From positions 1 through 37,766 of the IMG/VR virus record IMGVR_UViG_3300033076_000454: DNA of 37,766 nt. One strand, 5' to 3'. This document shows, piece by piece, positions 1 through 8,005 of this stretch. Each line of letters begins with the position of its first letter. Within the stretch, counting starts at the first letter, position 1. The notes beneath the pieces are model-generated. The model saw only the letters and a list, made by a program, of their open reading frames with translations. It did not search any database and was not told the DNA's origin. The stretch is from a virus. Its lineage: Duplodnaviria; Caudoviricetes. The position numbers and the translations under genes were made by a program.

Positions 1-203
1 ACATACGTACAAACGTGCTACCCCACGGTAGCGTCTTTTTAGCTTTTTATTCGTCTTCAAACAATCAAACCACAGCAATTAGTGATCGTCGTCCTGTTAA
101 GGATAGTGATTGAGTGCTCGCTAGCGCGGCGAGGCTTCCACTCCCTGCGATCCAAGATCCAGGTATAGGGCACACGATATTGGCTTGTGCGGGCCTTAAC
201 TGC
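1..203 (-). ncRNA. Candidate structured non-coding RNA downstream of the GIY-YIG gene (probably truncated by the window edge)
   Basis: No ORF on the - strand. About 49% GC overall and about 59% in 111-200 (hand count), against about 35% in sampled lines of the adjacent gene. Back-to-back inverted repeats: 170-174/186-190; 144-152/156-163; 112-116/139-143 enclosing 117-121/129-133; 62-67/107-112 enclosing 92-95/100-103; 17-22/27-32. Strand inferred from the upstream gene. Confidence 0.55.
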
Positions 204-638
204 TTAACCGTTTAGTTTGTTGATTATGTGACTGCCATGTACACGGACTTGAATATGTCCATTGTACCAGTCTTTGGATTCTAGCACTCTGCGTGAAAAT
301 TGTTCTCTTGCTTCGATATAACTGCACTCTGCTTTTGATTTACAGTAATAAAGTATTTCGCGTTTAAAATTGTCTTTGCCTTGGGATTCAACATCTTTGG
401 TTAGTTCAGGGCTAGAACCGTAGTAGTCTTGCCAATCTGAATCAATCTTAGATTTAATCTTCTTTTTCTTTTTAGTGCCGTTTTTGAGTTTGACTGTTTT
501 ATATGTTGTCTTAGAGAATTTTGCTAGTTTTTTGCCTATGTATTTGCGTTCGTTTGTGAGATTAGTGATCATGTAAACATAGCCCACGCAATCGTCGGGG
601 AGAGTTTCTACCGGTTGATTGTTGTAAAGCCATGTCAT
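204..638 (-). CDS. GIY-YIG endonuclease family protein (Seg-like, catalytic domain only)
   Basis: GYVYMITN...KYIGKK motif, Y(Y)GSS, FKREIL, conserved Glu (YIEAREQ) and WYN. Only 144 aa, with a Lys-rich insert and no C-terminal DNA-binding extension. Confidence 0.88.
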   Translation of the reverse strand: MTWLYNNQPVETLPDDCVGYVYMITNLTNERKYIGKKLAKFSKTTYKTVKLKNGTKKKKKIKSKIDSDWQDYYGSSPELTKDVESQGKDNFKREILYYCKSKAECSYIEAREQFSRRVLESKDWYNGHIQVRVHGSHIINKLNG

Positions 639-644
639 GTAGCA

Positions 645-650
645 TAGTTA
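645..650 (-). promoter_or_regulatory. Putative late-promoter variant TAACTA, 6 nt upstream of the GIY-YIG ATG
   Basis: The - strand reads gaTAACTAtgctacATG, one mismatch from the TAAATA found upstream of the structural genes. No Shine-Dalgarno is visible. Confidence 0.35.
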
Positions 651-675
651 TCTTGTTGCTGCCTGTGATTAAATT

Positions 676-1542
676 TTATGATAATTCTGTATTTCGCTGC
701 CATTGATTCGTGAAACTTGTATTAGAATCTGCGGTTCCGCATACATCTAAACATACAATATTTGGCTGTAAACTGTTCCAGGAACTTTGTATTTCACCAA
801 AATCTGTGACAAAATCTTTTTGTCTTGACCCAAGCCAGCAACACGGGCCAAGGCGTCCTTGTGCATCAATATATGCACTTTGCTCATTTAACGCATAGCA
901 ATTAACTTTTGTAGATTGCACATTTGGTACTTGCCACCCAATTGGTTGCTCAAGTCTATCTGTAAATCCACGCTTGCTAACTTTAGCACGGAACCATTTA
1001 AATCCCATGTCACGAGCGAGCTGTTCGCACTCGTCTACTTGATGTTGATTGTGTTTATATACAAGCATATCCCAGTGTGCTGAGCCACCTGCTGCAATAA
1101 ATGCCTCAACGTTAGCCATTACTTTGGACCAGGAAACATTTTTTCGATATACTTGATTTGTATCTTCTAGCCCGTCGATACTAAACACAACATAATCAAG
1201 TCTCTGATTCATGATGCGTCCTAACTCGTGCCACCAGAAAGAAGTTTGTATTCCACCATTAGTATTCATACCTAGCACAATGTTGGAGTTGATTGTTCTA
1301 AAAGACTTGTAGATATCCAATGTGTATTTGCCAGCAGCGGGATCTCCGTAGTTGCCGCACATAAACATTTTATCTAACTTTGCAATTTGCTCATCATCGA
1401 ATACTTTTGCAATCTTGTGCATGTCTAGATGATGCTGGCGATCTTTTCGAAAGTCTGGATCGGTTTCGCGAGCACACAACGGGCATGCCGCTTGACATAC
1501 ATCCGTTGGTTCTAAGTGTAAGACTTTTATATTACGCGACAT
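676..1542 (-). CDS. Radical SAM protein with C-terminal SPASM/twitch-like cysteines
   Basis: CxxxCxxC motif (CQAACPLC), GNYGDP, TNGG, FSIDG, and C-terminal Cys cluster (VNC...PCCW...CLDVC). Overlaps the gp46 stop by 11 nt. Confidence 0.88.
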   Translation of the reverse strand: MSRNIKVLHLEPTDVCQAACPLCARETDPDFRKDRQHHLDMHKIAKVFDDEQIAKLDKMFMCGNYGDPAAGKYTLDIYKSFRTINSNIVLGMNTNGGIQTSFWWHELGRIMNQRLDYVVFSIDGLEDTNQVYRKNVSWSKVMANVEAFIAAGGSAHWDMLVYKHNQHQVDECEQLARDMGFKWFRAKVSKRGFTDRLEQPIGWQVPNVQSTKVNCYALNEQSAYIDAQGRLGPCCWLGSRQKDFVTDFGEIQSSWNSLQPNIVCLDVCGTADSNTSFTNQWQRNTELS

Positions 1543-3613
1543 CGATATCAGTATTATAACTTGTAAAGCCGTTTTCTTTGACTACTTTGAGTATATTCTC
1601 AACTCGTCCGGCTAACTCGTCTCTGTGAGAAACAAGCCAAATAGATTTGTTTCGCTCACGACTCATCTTCTTAAGCAAGCCTAATGCGTTTTCTACACCG
1701 CTAGTATCCAAACCGTTGTCAATAAGTTCGTCAATAAACAACAAGTTAATTGGATGATACAACGATTCCCATACATCACGGAATGCCCACGACATTGATA
1801 AGATCAACCTGTTGCGCTCGCCGCGACTCAAGTTGTCAAAATCTAATTCACGACCTAGTTCTTCAATGCTTACAGTTAAATCATTCTGGAACTTCACAGT
1901 ATGTGGCAAGCCAATGCGATCCAAATAATGTGTTAGTCGTTGATTCAAATAACTCAAGTTTTGTTCAATAATCTTCTTGCGAACAAATGAATCTTTAGAA
2001 GTTAATAACTTGAGTAAGAACTCTTGGTGCTCTTGCAGTCGTGTAAGCTCGTTGATTGTGTTGTAGTCAACGGTTTGAAGTGCTTGCTTTTGCATGTCTT
2101 CAATTTGTTCTGTATACGGATCTTTCTCTTCGCCCTTTTTAGAAATCTGATCTAGCAAATTGTTTACTCGGCTGCGGTGCTCAATTGCTTCAGACTCTTT
2201 GTCGTAGTGCGTTGTGGGTTGCGGAGGCACAACAACTTCTTCTAATTCGTCAATTTGCTCGGAGAACGGATTAGTTTCTGCTTCTTTGGCATCCAACGCT
2301 GCCTTCAAACTGTTGAGCTCACTAGAATGTCGGATAGCTTCTGCTTCTGTTTTGTAGTGGGTCGACGGCTTTGTACCTAGTTCACCTAATGCCTTTAACG
2401 CATCGGTGTTTTCGATCCACTGTGTGTTAGTAGCCAGTGCTTGTAAGGCTGCTTCTTGCAATGCCTTTTCTTTTGCTGCTAACACCGATTCGTGATTAGT
2501 GTCGTGGAAGTCTTGACCGCAAGCATAACACTTGTGATTCTTTAGTTCTTCGACTTCGGCTTTTAACTTGTCTACAAGTTTGGTTTCTTTTGCTTCGTCT
2601 GCAACACATCGAGCAATGAGTTTTTCTAAGTCAGCAATGTCTTTGGCTTTTTGATTGTATGCTGCTAAAGACGCCCACGCCGCCAACTCAGTTTCTATAT
2701 TGATGCGATTCTTGTCTAAATAAGCACGTCCGGCTGCTGCCACTTCTGCTGTGTGTTTTTGCCGCCAAGCTGTTTCTCTAGCGACCAATGCGTTGTAGGC
2801 ATCGGCTTGTTGTTTCTTTACATTCCAAACAGTTAAGTCACGGTGCGCCTGTAATTCAACTTCAATATCAATCTTAGAAAGCTCATCGTATTGAGCCGCT
2901 AGATATGCTAGGTCGCTGTCTACTTTCTTTTGCCACAATCCGCTACGACGTTTTAAACTTTCGATTTGCTCTTCGATTCGTTTGTTTGCTTCTTGTAAAG
3001 CTCTAACACGAAACTCTTCTTGTGAGATAGCATCTTTAGTTTGTTTGTTTAGTTCTTTGATCTTGTCTGCACGTTCAGAGAGCAACGTGATACCCAACAA
3101 CTGCTCAATGATAGTGCGTTGGTCGTTTGCTTTCAAACTTAAAAACGGTTCAGTATATGTGTTAAGCGCAAGAACATGCTTGAACATGTCGTGACTCATG
3201 CCTAGGATGCGTTCGATTGCTTCTTGTGTTTCTTTGTTCTCGCCTTGTGCTTCGTCTGTGGCTGCTTGTTCTTCGTGATTGACGTAGAACTTTAGAACGT
3301 TGGGCTTGCGTCCACGTTCAATTTTGTATTCTTTACCGTTAACATCAAACTCTAAACTAACCAACATGCCTTTGCCGTTAGTTTTGTTTACAAGGTTGTC
3401 CTTGCGAATGTTGCTAAGAGCGTTGCCATAGAGTGCATAACTTAGGGCGTTGATAATTGTGGTTTTACCTGTGCCATTACGACTACCATCACCGCCTAAA
3501 TCTAAGTTCTCACCTAGAACTAGTGTAAGGTCATTACGGTCAAAGTTGATACCTTGTGTGGCATTGCCCACACTCATAAAGTTTTTTACAGTTAAATTTT
3601 TAAATCGAATCAT
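1532..3613 (-). CDS. gp46: Recombination endonuclease ATPase subunit (T4 gp46 / SbcC / Rad50-like)
   Basis: KNFMS, Walker A (GEN...NGTGKTT), long coiled coil with CYAC zinc hook, signature LSRGE, Walker B LFIDE, H-loop VSH. Adjacent to an Mre11-like gene. Confidence 0.95.
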   Translation of the reverse strand: MIRFKNLTVKNFMSVGNATQGINFDRNDLTLVLGENLDLGGDGSRNGTGKTTIINALSYALYGNALSNIRKDNLVNKTNGKGMLVSLEFDVNGKEYKIERGRKPNVLKFYVNHEEQAATDEAQGENKETQEAIERILGMSHDMFKHVLALNTYTEPFLSLKANDQRTIIEQLLGITLLSERADKIKELNKQTKDAISQEEFRVRALQEANKRIEEQIESLKRRSGLWQKKVDSDLAYLAAQYDELSKIDIEVELQAHRDLTVWNVKKQQADAYNALVARETAWRQKHTAEVAAAGRAYLDKNRINIETELAAWASLAAYNQKAKDIADLEKLIARCVADEAKETKLVDKLKAEVEELKNHKCYACGQDFHDTNHESVLAAKEKALQEAALQALATNTQWIENTDALKALGELGTKPSTHYKTEAEAIRHSSELNSLKAALDAKEAETNPFSEQIDELEEVVVPPQPTTHYDKESEAIEHRSRVNNLLDQISKKGEEKDPYTEQIEDMQKQALQTVDYNTINELTRLQEHQEFLLKLLTSKDSFVRKKIIEQNLSYLNQRLTHYLDRIGLPHTVKFQNDLTVSIEELGRELDFDNLSRGERNRLILSMSWAFRDVWESLYHPINLLFIDELIDNGLDTSGVENALGLLKKMSRERNKSIWLVSHRDELAGRVENILKVVKENGFTSYNTDIDVA

Positions 3614-4626
3614 AGGCTCTGGTAAATCTTTAATAGTAGTTTGTTGTCGTAGAATTCGGACTCGATATTCGTAAGTTGGTCGGTCACAATTTGATCCACT
3701 GATTCAAACTTAACATCACCGGGAGCCATGTCTTCATCTACTCCCGAAGCCTTATTAGGAATTAATGACATTTCACGAAGTTCGTAAGTTTTGATAAACG
3801 TTTCTTTGATGAAGTTGGCTTCTTCGTAGCTTATCTCAATATCCAAATTGACACGGACATGCATTTTGGGTTTAAGAAGCGTAGCAGCGTTGTCAATGAG
3901 GTTTGCCAAACCGTAGACCCTGTACGTCGGTTGAGCAGGCCATTGATGAAATTCAGGCGGTCTTCCCCACTCCAGAATTGTGAGACCTCTTTCGTCGTCA
4001 CCAGCGTCCGCATAGTTGTGAGGGAACGCATTACCAATGTAGGTGATATTCTTTTTAGTCTGGCGTTTGTGAAAATGTCCAGTGTACACATGACCAAATC
4101 CCCCAAGACTATCTCTTTGCAATTCCCCATGATCCGGCATCTCCACCATTGCGTTCATCAAATAACCAGGCAATTCAAAGTGCCCAAACAAGTATTGTCC
4201 TTTTAATTTAGACAAGCGTTTATGGTCATCACCGCACAACCAAGGTGCAATAACAACGCCACCACTGTCAAACCAATCATTGCAAATATGTACATTTGGG
4301 AGATGCTTTGCCCATTCAACACTTTGGATATCCCGTTTATCGCGATAGTAAAGATCGTGATTACCAGGAATAAAGTACACATGATCAAAGTTGTCATTTA
4401 GATGCTCCAATGCTTGCAGGCTGTAGTTCAGCGTGACAATGTTTAGAGTAGATCGGTTGTTGTGCCAATCACCTAAGAACATGCAGGTTTCGCAACCTTC
4501 TTCTTTGGCTTTTTGAGTCGCCCACTTAACAAAAGCCAAACAGTCCTCGTTGTGGAGAACGGAATTTGACTTTAGGCCAAAGTGAATGTCAGTGAAGATT
4601 GCGGCTTTTTTGAATAAGTTAGTCAT
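3610..4626 (-). CDS. gp47: Recombination endonuclease nuclease subunit (T4 gp47 / SbcD / Mre11-like)
   Basis: Metallophosphoesterase motifs DIHFG, LGDWH, PGNHD, GHFE, GHFH. Start placed at the second Met (MTNLFKK, 4626); the ORF track gives 4641. ATGA overlap with gp46. Confidence 0.93.
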   Translation of the reverse strand: MTNLFKKAAIFTDIHFGLKSNSVLHNEDCLAFVKWATQKAKEEGCETCMFLGDWHNNRSTLNIVTLNYSLQALEHLNDNFDHVYFIPGNHDLYYRDKRDIQSVEWAKHLPNVHICNDWFDSGGVVIAPWLCGDDHKRLSKLKGQYLFGHFELPGYLMNAMVEMPDHGELQRDSLGGFGHVYTGHFHKRQTKKNITYIGNAFPHNYADAGDDERGLTILEWGRPPEFHQWPAQPTYRVYGLANLIDNAATLLKPKMHVRVNLDIEISYEEANFIKETFIKTYELREMSLIPNKASGVDEDMAPGDVKFESVDQIVTDQLTNIESEFYDNKLLLKIYQSL

Positions 4627-5521
4627 TGCTTGATTGTACATGATTCAGTATGCGTTGAGCAATAGCCTTGTGGCTCAAAGGACCTGGATGTACGCCATCT
4701 GTGCCGTTGTCAAGGTGCAATCCGTAGTTAGAACAGTACTCTGGATACTTAACATATTCTGACACATAGTCATAAATTGCGCCAAAATCACTAATTGAAG
4801 TTATTACAAATTTACAACCAATTGCTTGTAAAAATTTAGTTCCTGTGTTGAGCAAGCTCAACTGGTTAAAATACAATTGTTCATCAGTAATGCTATCTAT
4901 TAGTTTACGATCCAAACTAGAATTAAGTACGATTTCCTCAACATGTTTGCCATTGAACTGGCTCAATCGTCCTGGAGTAGTCAGTTGCCATATCACAGTA
5001 TCATGCTTTTGTATGCAGGAATTAAGTAGATGCCGATAACTCCAAGCCAAACTGCTACCCGGTTTTGTAATTAACTTTAGTGGTAAGTTAAGATATTGGG
5101 ATAACCATTGTCCGTAGTTAAGTTCATTAGATCGTAGCCCAGTGCCGTGACTATAGCTGCATCCAAAAATCCACAACATAGGTTGATCTAATCTGTTATC
5201 AATATCGGGGTGTGTAGTAAATCGCTGAATGTTCGGCCGAATGTTAGGCTGAAAGGTTGTATCTCGCCTACACAAGTATTGAAACAAGGTCAACGACTCT
5301 TTGTAGATTGTACTATCAACATCGAATCCTCGTGATTCAAATTTAATGATGTCAAATTGAGAAGACAATCGAATAATTTGATCCACTTGTAGATCGCCCA
5401 GTGATGTGTGATATACACCGGGCGACAAGTTTTCTTTATAGCTGTTAACTAGCGTTGAACTAGAATCAACTTGAGAAAAATCAAAAGTTGATTCTGTTAT
5501 ATACAAAACCTTTTGCGTCAT
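4619..5521 (-). CDS. SGNH/GDSL hydrolase-fold protein
   Basis: Block I-like WIFGCSYSHG, block II-like PGSS, block V DGVHPGPLSH. The N-terminal ~110 aa are unassigned. Confidence 0.65.
   Translation of the reverse strand: MTQKVLYITESTFDFSQVDSSSTLVNSYKENLSPGVYHTSLGDLQVDQIIRLSSQFDIIKFESRGFDVDSTIYKESLTLFQYLCRRDTTFQPNIRPNIQRFTTHPDIDNRLDQPMLWIFGCSYSHGTGLRSNELNYGQWLSQYLNLPLKLITKPGSSLAWSYRHLLNSCIQKHDTVIWQLTTPGRLSQFNGKHVEEIVLNSSLDRKLIDSITDEQLYFNQLSLLNTGTKFLQAIGCKFVITSISDFGAIYDYVSEYVKYPEYCSNYGLHLDNGTDGVHPGPLSHKAIAQRILNHVQSSND
4633..4662 (-). promoter_or_regulatory. Possible sigma70-type promoter for gp47, inside the end of the SGNH gene
   Basis: The - strand reads TTGCTC-N18-TACAAT-N6-ATG(4626). Imperfect consensus. 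Confidence 0.3.
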
Positions 5522-6417
5522 TCGTCTAAGCTAGATACAACCGGTCCGGACATAGCAGCCATACTAGTTTTACCCGAGTTCTGACGAGTCCATGAAGGAT
5601 TGAGCCCGTTCATTTCAAGGATATCATCTCGTATATTTTGGTTCTTTTTCTCAATGTTAAGAATGCGTGTAAAACTATTAGTGATCGCAGCGGTATAGTA
5701 AGCGAACGGGTTCTGTGATTTTGACTCGTCAAACTGTAGACCAATTTGACTAAGTTGTAAAAGAGCTTGTCCACGCATTTCCTCGTTGTAAGTATAGCCA
5801 CGCCAGTTGCTACGTGTAGCATAGCGTTCGCACAATTTCATAAACATTGTGGCCAATTTTCGTGTCATTTGACCGTGATCTTTGCAGAACTCTCCAGTAT
5901 CTAAGTCGCCCTTCCAGTGCGATCTACCCACCAAAAACGGCGTTTTTTCGTCGTCAATTCGGTAGTGTTCAAACGGTGGAAAGTTAACTCTAACGTGGTT
6001 CATGTCCAGCACAGGCACGTCTACAATATCCGCTAGAGGATCTTCTTCGGTAGCATCGTCAAGATCTAGTATTTCTTCTAGCTTGCGTTTTTTAGCTTCT
6101 GCTTTGGTTAATTTTTTTGGAGCTTTTGGGATGTGGTCCCAGCACGTAATGCGAAACACTAAATCTGTGTTTGGGATCTTCTTTTGATCAATAACTTCGC
6201 CAGTTTCGCGCTTGATACGGTCAGCACGATTTTTACGTGCTTCTACTATTGTGCGCTGATTGATCTTGTCTACGCTAGGCAAAATAATATCATATTGATG
6301 ATCATTTACTCTATCGCGGTACCAACAGTAATTGTTTTTGCTGAGGTGAATTTCCTTAAGAATGTCCCTGTTGTTAAGATAGTTAACTCTGGGAGCGGGT
6401 TTTGGTAATAAAGTCAT
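5518..6417 (-). CDS. gp55: Late transcription sigma factor (T4 gp55-like) with a large internal insertion
   Basis: NYLNNRDIL at the N-terminus and NWRGYTYNEEM...FDESKSQNPFAYYT...F.R....EKK match gp55-family motifs. Sits upstream of gp47-gp46 as in T4-like phages. Confidence 0.82.
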   Translation of the reverse strand: MTLLPKPAPRVNYLNNRDILKEIHLSKNNYCWYRDRVNDHQYDIILPSVDKINQRTIVEARKNRADRIKRETGEVIDQKKIPNTDLVFRITCWDHIPKAPKKLTKAEAKKRKLEEILDLDDATEEDPLADIVDVPVLDMNHVRVNFPPFEHYRIDDEKTPFLVGRSHWKGDLDTGEFCKDHGQMTRKLATMFMKLCERYATRSNWRGYTYNEEMRGQALLQLSQIGLQFDESKSQNPFAYYTAAITNSFTRILNIEKKNQNIRDDILEMNGLNPSWTRQNSGKTSMAAMSGPVVSSLDE

Positions 6418-6445
6418 GGTTGACTGTGTCTCCTAATCTATACTT

Positions 6446-6473
6446 ATTATAACACTTTTGTAGTACCTGTCAA
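6446..6473 (-). promoter_or_regulatory. Consensus sigma70 promoter driving the gp55-gp47-gp46 arm
   Basis: The - strand reads TTGACA(6473-6468)-N16-TATAAT(6451-6446) with a TGn extended -10. AGGAG at 6434-6430 precedes the ATG at 6417. Confidence 0.8.
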
Positions 6474-6488
6474 CCTTTTATAAACTGC

Positions 6489-6511
6489 GCCGTTAAAATT
6501 TTGGGTAAATA
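6489..6511 (+). promoter_or_regulatory. Putative late promoter for the baseplate operon
   Basis: TAAATA at 6506-6511 (T4 late consensus is TATAAATA), with GCCGTT 11 nt upstream and AGGA before the ATG at 6530. Confidence 0.6.
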
Positions 6512-6529
6512 AGGTATAGGAATAAAATT

Positions 6530-7702
6530 ATGGCCGACAACAATATTGATTACAGCCCTGCCCCGGTGAACCCAAACGAAGATCCAGAAATCGCTGCGGT
6601 CTTGGCAGCTCAAGCCGAAGCTGATGCAATAGTGGCTGAACAAAACCAAATAGTAGACGACCAGGATCCGTTTGAAGCTGCCCGCCTAGCCGCTCAGGAA
6701 GAATTTGATAACCAAGAACCGGCTGTATTTGGCCCGGAGGATGTTAACCCTTTAACAGACGAACAGATTGCACAACTCGAAGAAGATCAAATCACCAATC
6801 GCCAATTGCTTCAAAATGAAGATGCAATTGATGTGGCGGCCCAAGCAGCGGCCCAAGCAGCAACAATTGCCAAGGCTAAACAACAAGCAACACTTCAGGC
6901 GCGATATAAACAACCAGGCAATAATGACTGGCGTGTGCGCCTAGTACTTGCAGAAGGTGCAGATTATCTATACAAAGCAAATCCTCCAGGAATCTTAAAA
7001 CCATTAGCAGACAGCAATGGAGTTATCTTTCCTTACACTCCAGAGATTCAAACGACGTACTCAGCAAACTACGAGCAATACGATTTGACTCACTCAAATT
7101 ATCGAGGATACTTCTATAAAAACAGTAAGGTTGGGGATATTAACCTCACTGCAAACTTTACAGCACAGGATACACAAGAAGCACAATATTTGTTGGCAGT
7201 TATTCACTTCTTCCGCTCTGTGACCAAAATGTTTTATGGCAAGGACGCACAACGCGGTGCACCTCCTCCGTTGGTGTATCTAGTGGGTCTAGGGGATTTC
7301 CAATTTAACGGACATCCTTGTTTGGTATCTAATTTTCAATATACTATGCCAAGCGATGTTGATTATATTAGGGCTAATAATCCTAATAACTATGGCACCA
7401 ACATGATAAACCGTGTAAGTAAAAGCACAACAGCAACAAGCCCTGCGGCATCGGTATTAAACCGATTAAGCAATGCTATTGACAATTTTGGAAGATCTCT
7501 ACAACCTGGTGCAACACCAGTATTACCGGCGTTTGGATCAGTGCTAGGGTCAGTAAACAATGTGAACCGGTCAACTTATGTGCCTACTAAAATGCAAATG
7601 AATATTACATTATTGCCTGTGCAAACTAGATCACAAGTTAGTCAGCAATTTAGCCTCAAGAGCTTTGCCAACGGTGATCTACTTAAAGGAGGATTCTGGT
7701 AA
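6530..7702 (+). CDS. Baseplate tail-tube initiator / tube-fold protein (gp48/gp54-like) with acidic N-terminal extension
   Basis: Core FPYTP...Y...HSNY...INLTANF...PPPLVYL...VSNFQY...P..M.MNITL resembles contractile-system tube initiators. First gene of the baseplate cluster, directly before a gp53-like gene. Confidence 0.6.
   Translation: MADNNIDYSPAPVNPNEDPEIAAVLAAQAEADAIVAEQNQIVDDQDPFEAARLAAQEEFDNQEPAVFGPEDVNPLTDEQIAQLEEDQITNRQLLQNEDAIDVAAQAAAQAATIAKAKQQATLQARYKQPGNNDWRVRLVLAEGADYLYKANPPGILKPLADSNGVIFPYTPEIQTTYSANYEQYDLTHSNYRGYFYKNSKVGDINLTANFTAQDTQEAQYLLAVIHFFRSVTKMFYGKDAQRGAPPPLVYLVGLGDFQFNGHPCLVSNFQYTMPSDVDYIRANNPNNYGTNMINRVSKSTTATSPAASVLNRLSNAIDNFGRSLQPGATPVLPAFGSVLGSVNNVNRSTYVPTKMQMNITLLPVQTRSQVSQQFSLKSFANGDLLKGGFW
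6836..6859 (+). repeat. Exact 12-bp in-frame tandem duplication (GCGGCCCAAGCA x2)
   Basis: Seen directly; encodes AAQA-AAQA in the low-complexity N-terminus. Confidence 0.85.
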
Positions 7703-8004
7703 TGGCTGCTACCTATGATTCAACAAGTCCCTACTATGCCACAGAGTATAGTCAATTCTTTTTAGACAAAATGGTCAATAGACCTATACCTAAAGAAGAT
7801 GACGATTTGCAATTTACAATTAATCAAACATATCAGTATCGTCCTGATTTATTAGCATATGACTTGTATCAAACTGGTCAGCTATGGTGGGTGTTCTATC
7901 AACGAAACCCTAACACTTTGCAAGCGCCACCGCTAGATTTTAAAGTGGGAACAACCATTTATCTGCCAAAAATTGACACGCTAAAAGCCGCGCTAGGATT
8001 CTAA
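7702..8004 (+). CDS. gp53: Baseplate wedge protein, gp53/LysM-like
   Basis: YQYRPDLLAYDLY...LWWVF...N motif typical of gp53-like proteins. TAATG coupling to the upstream gene. Confidence 0.75.
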   Translation: MAATYDSTSPYYATEYSQFFLDKMVNRPIPKEDDDLQFTINQTYQYRPDLLAYDLYQTGQLWWVFYQRNPNTLQAPPLDFKVGTTIYLPKIDTLKAALGF

Positions 8005-8005
8005 C

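Noticed and set aside
13-48. + strand intrinsic terminator (GCTACC/GGTAGC hairpin plus T-runs)
   Set aside because: Plausible, but no + strand gene is visible in the window to terminate, and it would not explain the other stems. Left as part of the structured element.
62-112. Hammerhead ribozyme (three-way junction shape)
   Set aside because: The CUGANGA and GAAA core is absent on both strands.
1-675. Group I intron carrying the GIY-YIG gene
   Set aside because: Only 37 nt separate the GIY-YIG start from the intact stop of the radical SAM gene. No interrupted host gene or recognisable P7 core is visible. Not fully excluded, because the left part is outside the window.
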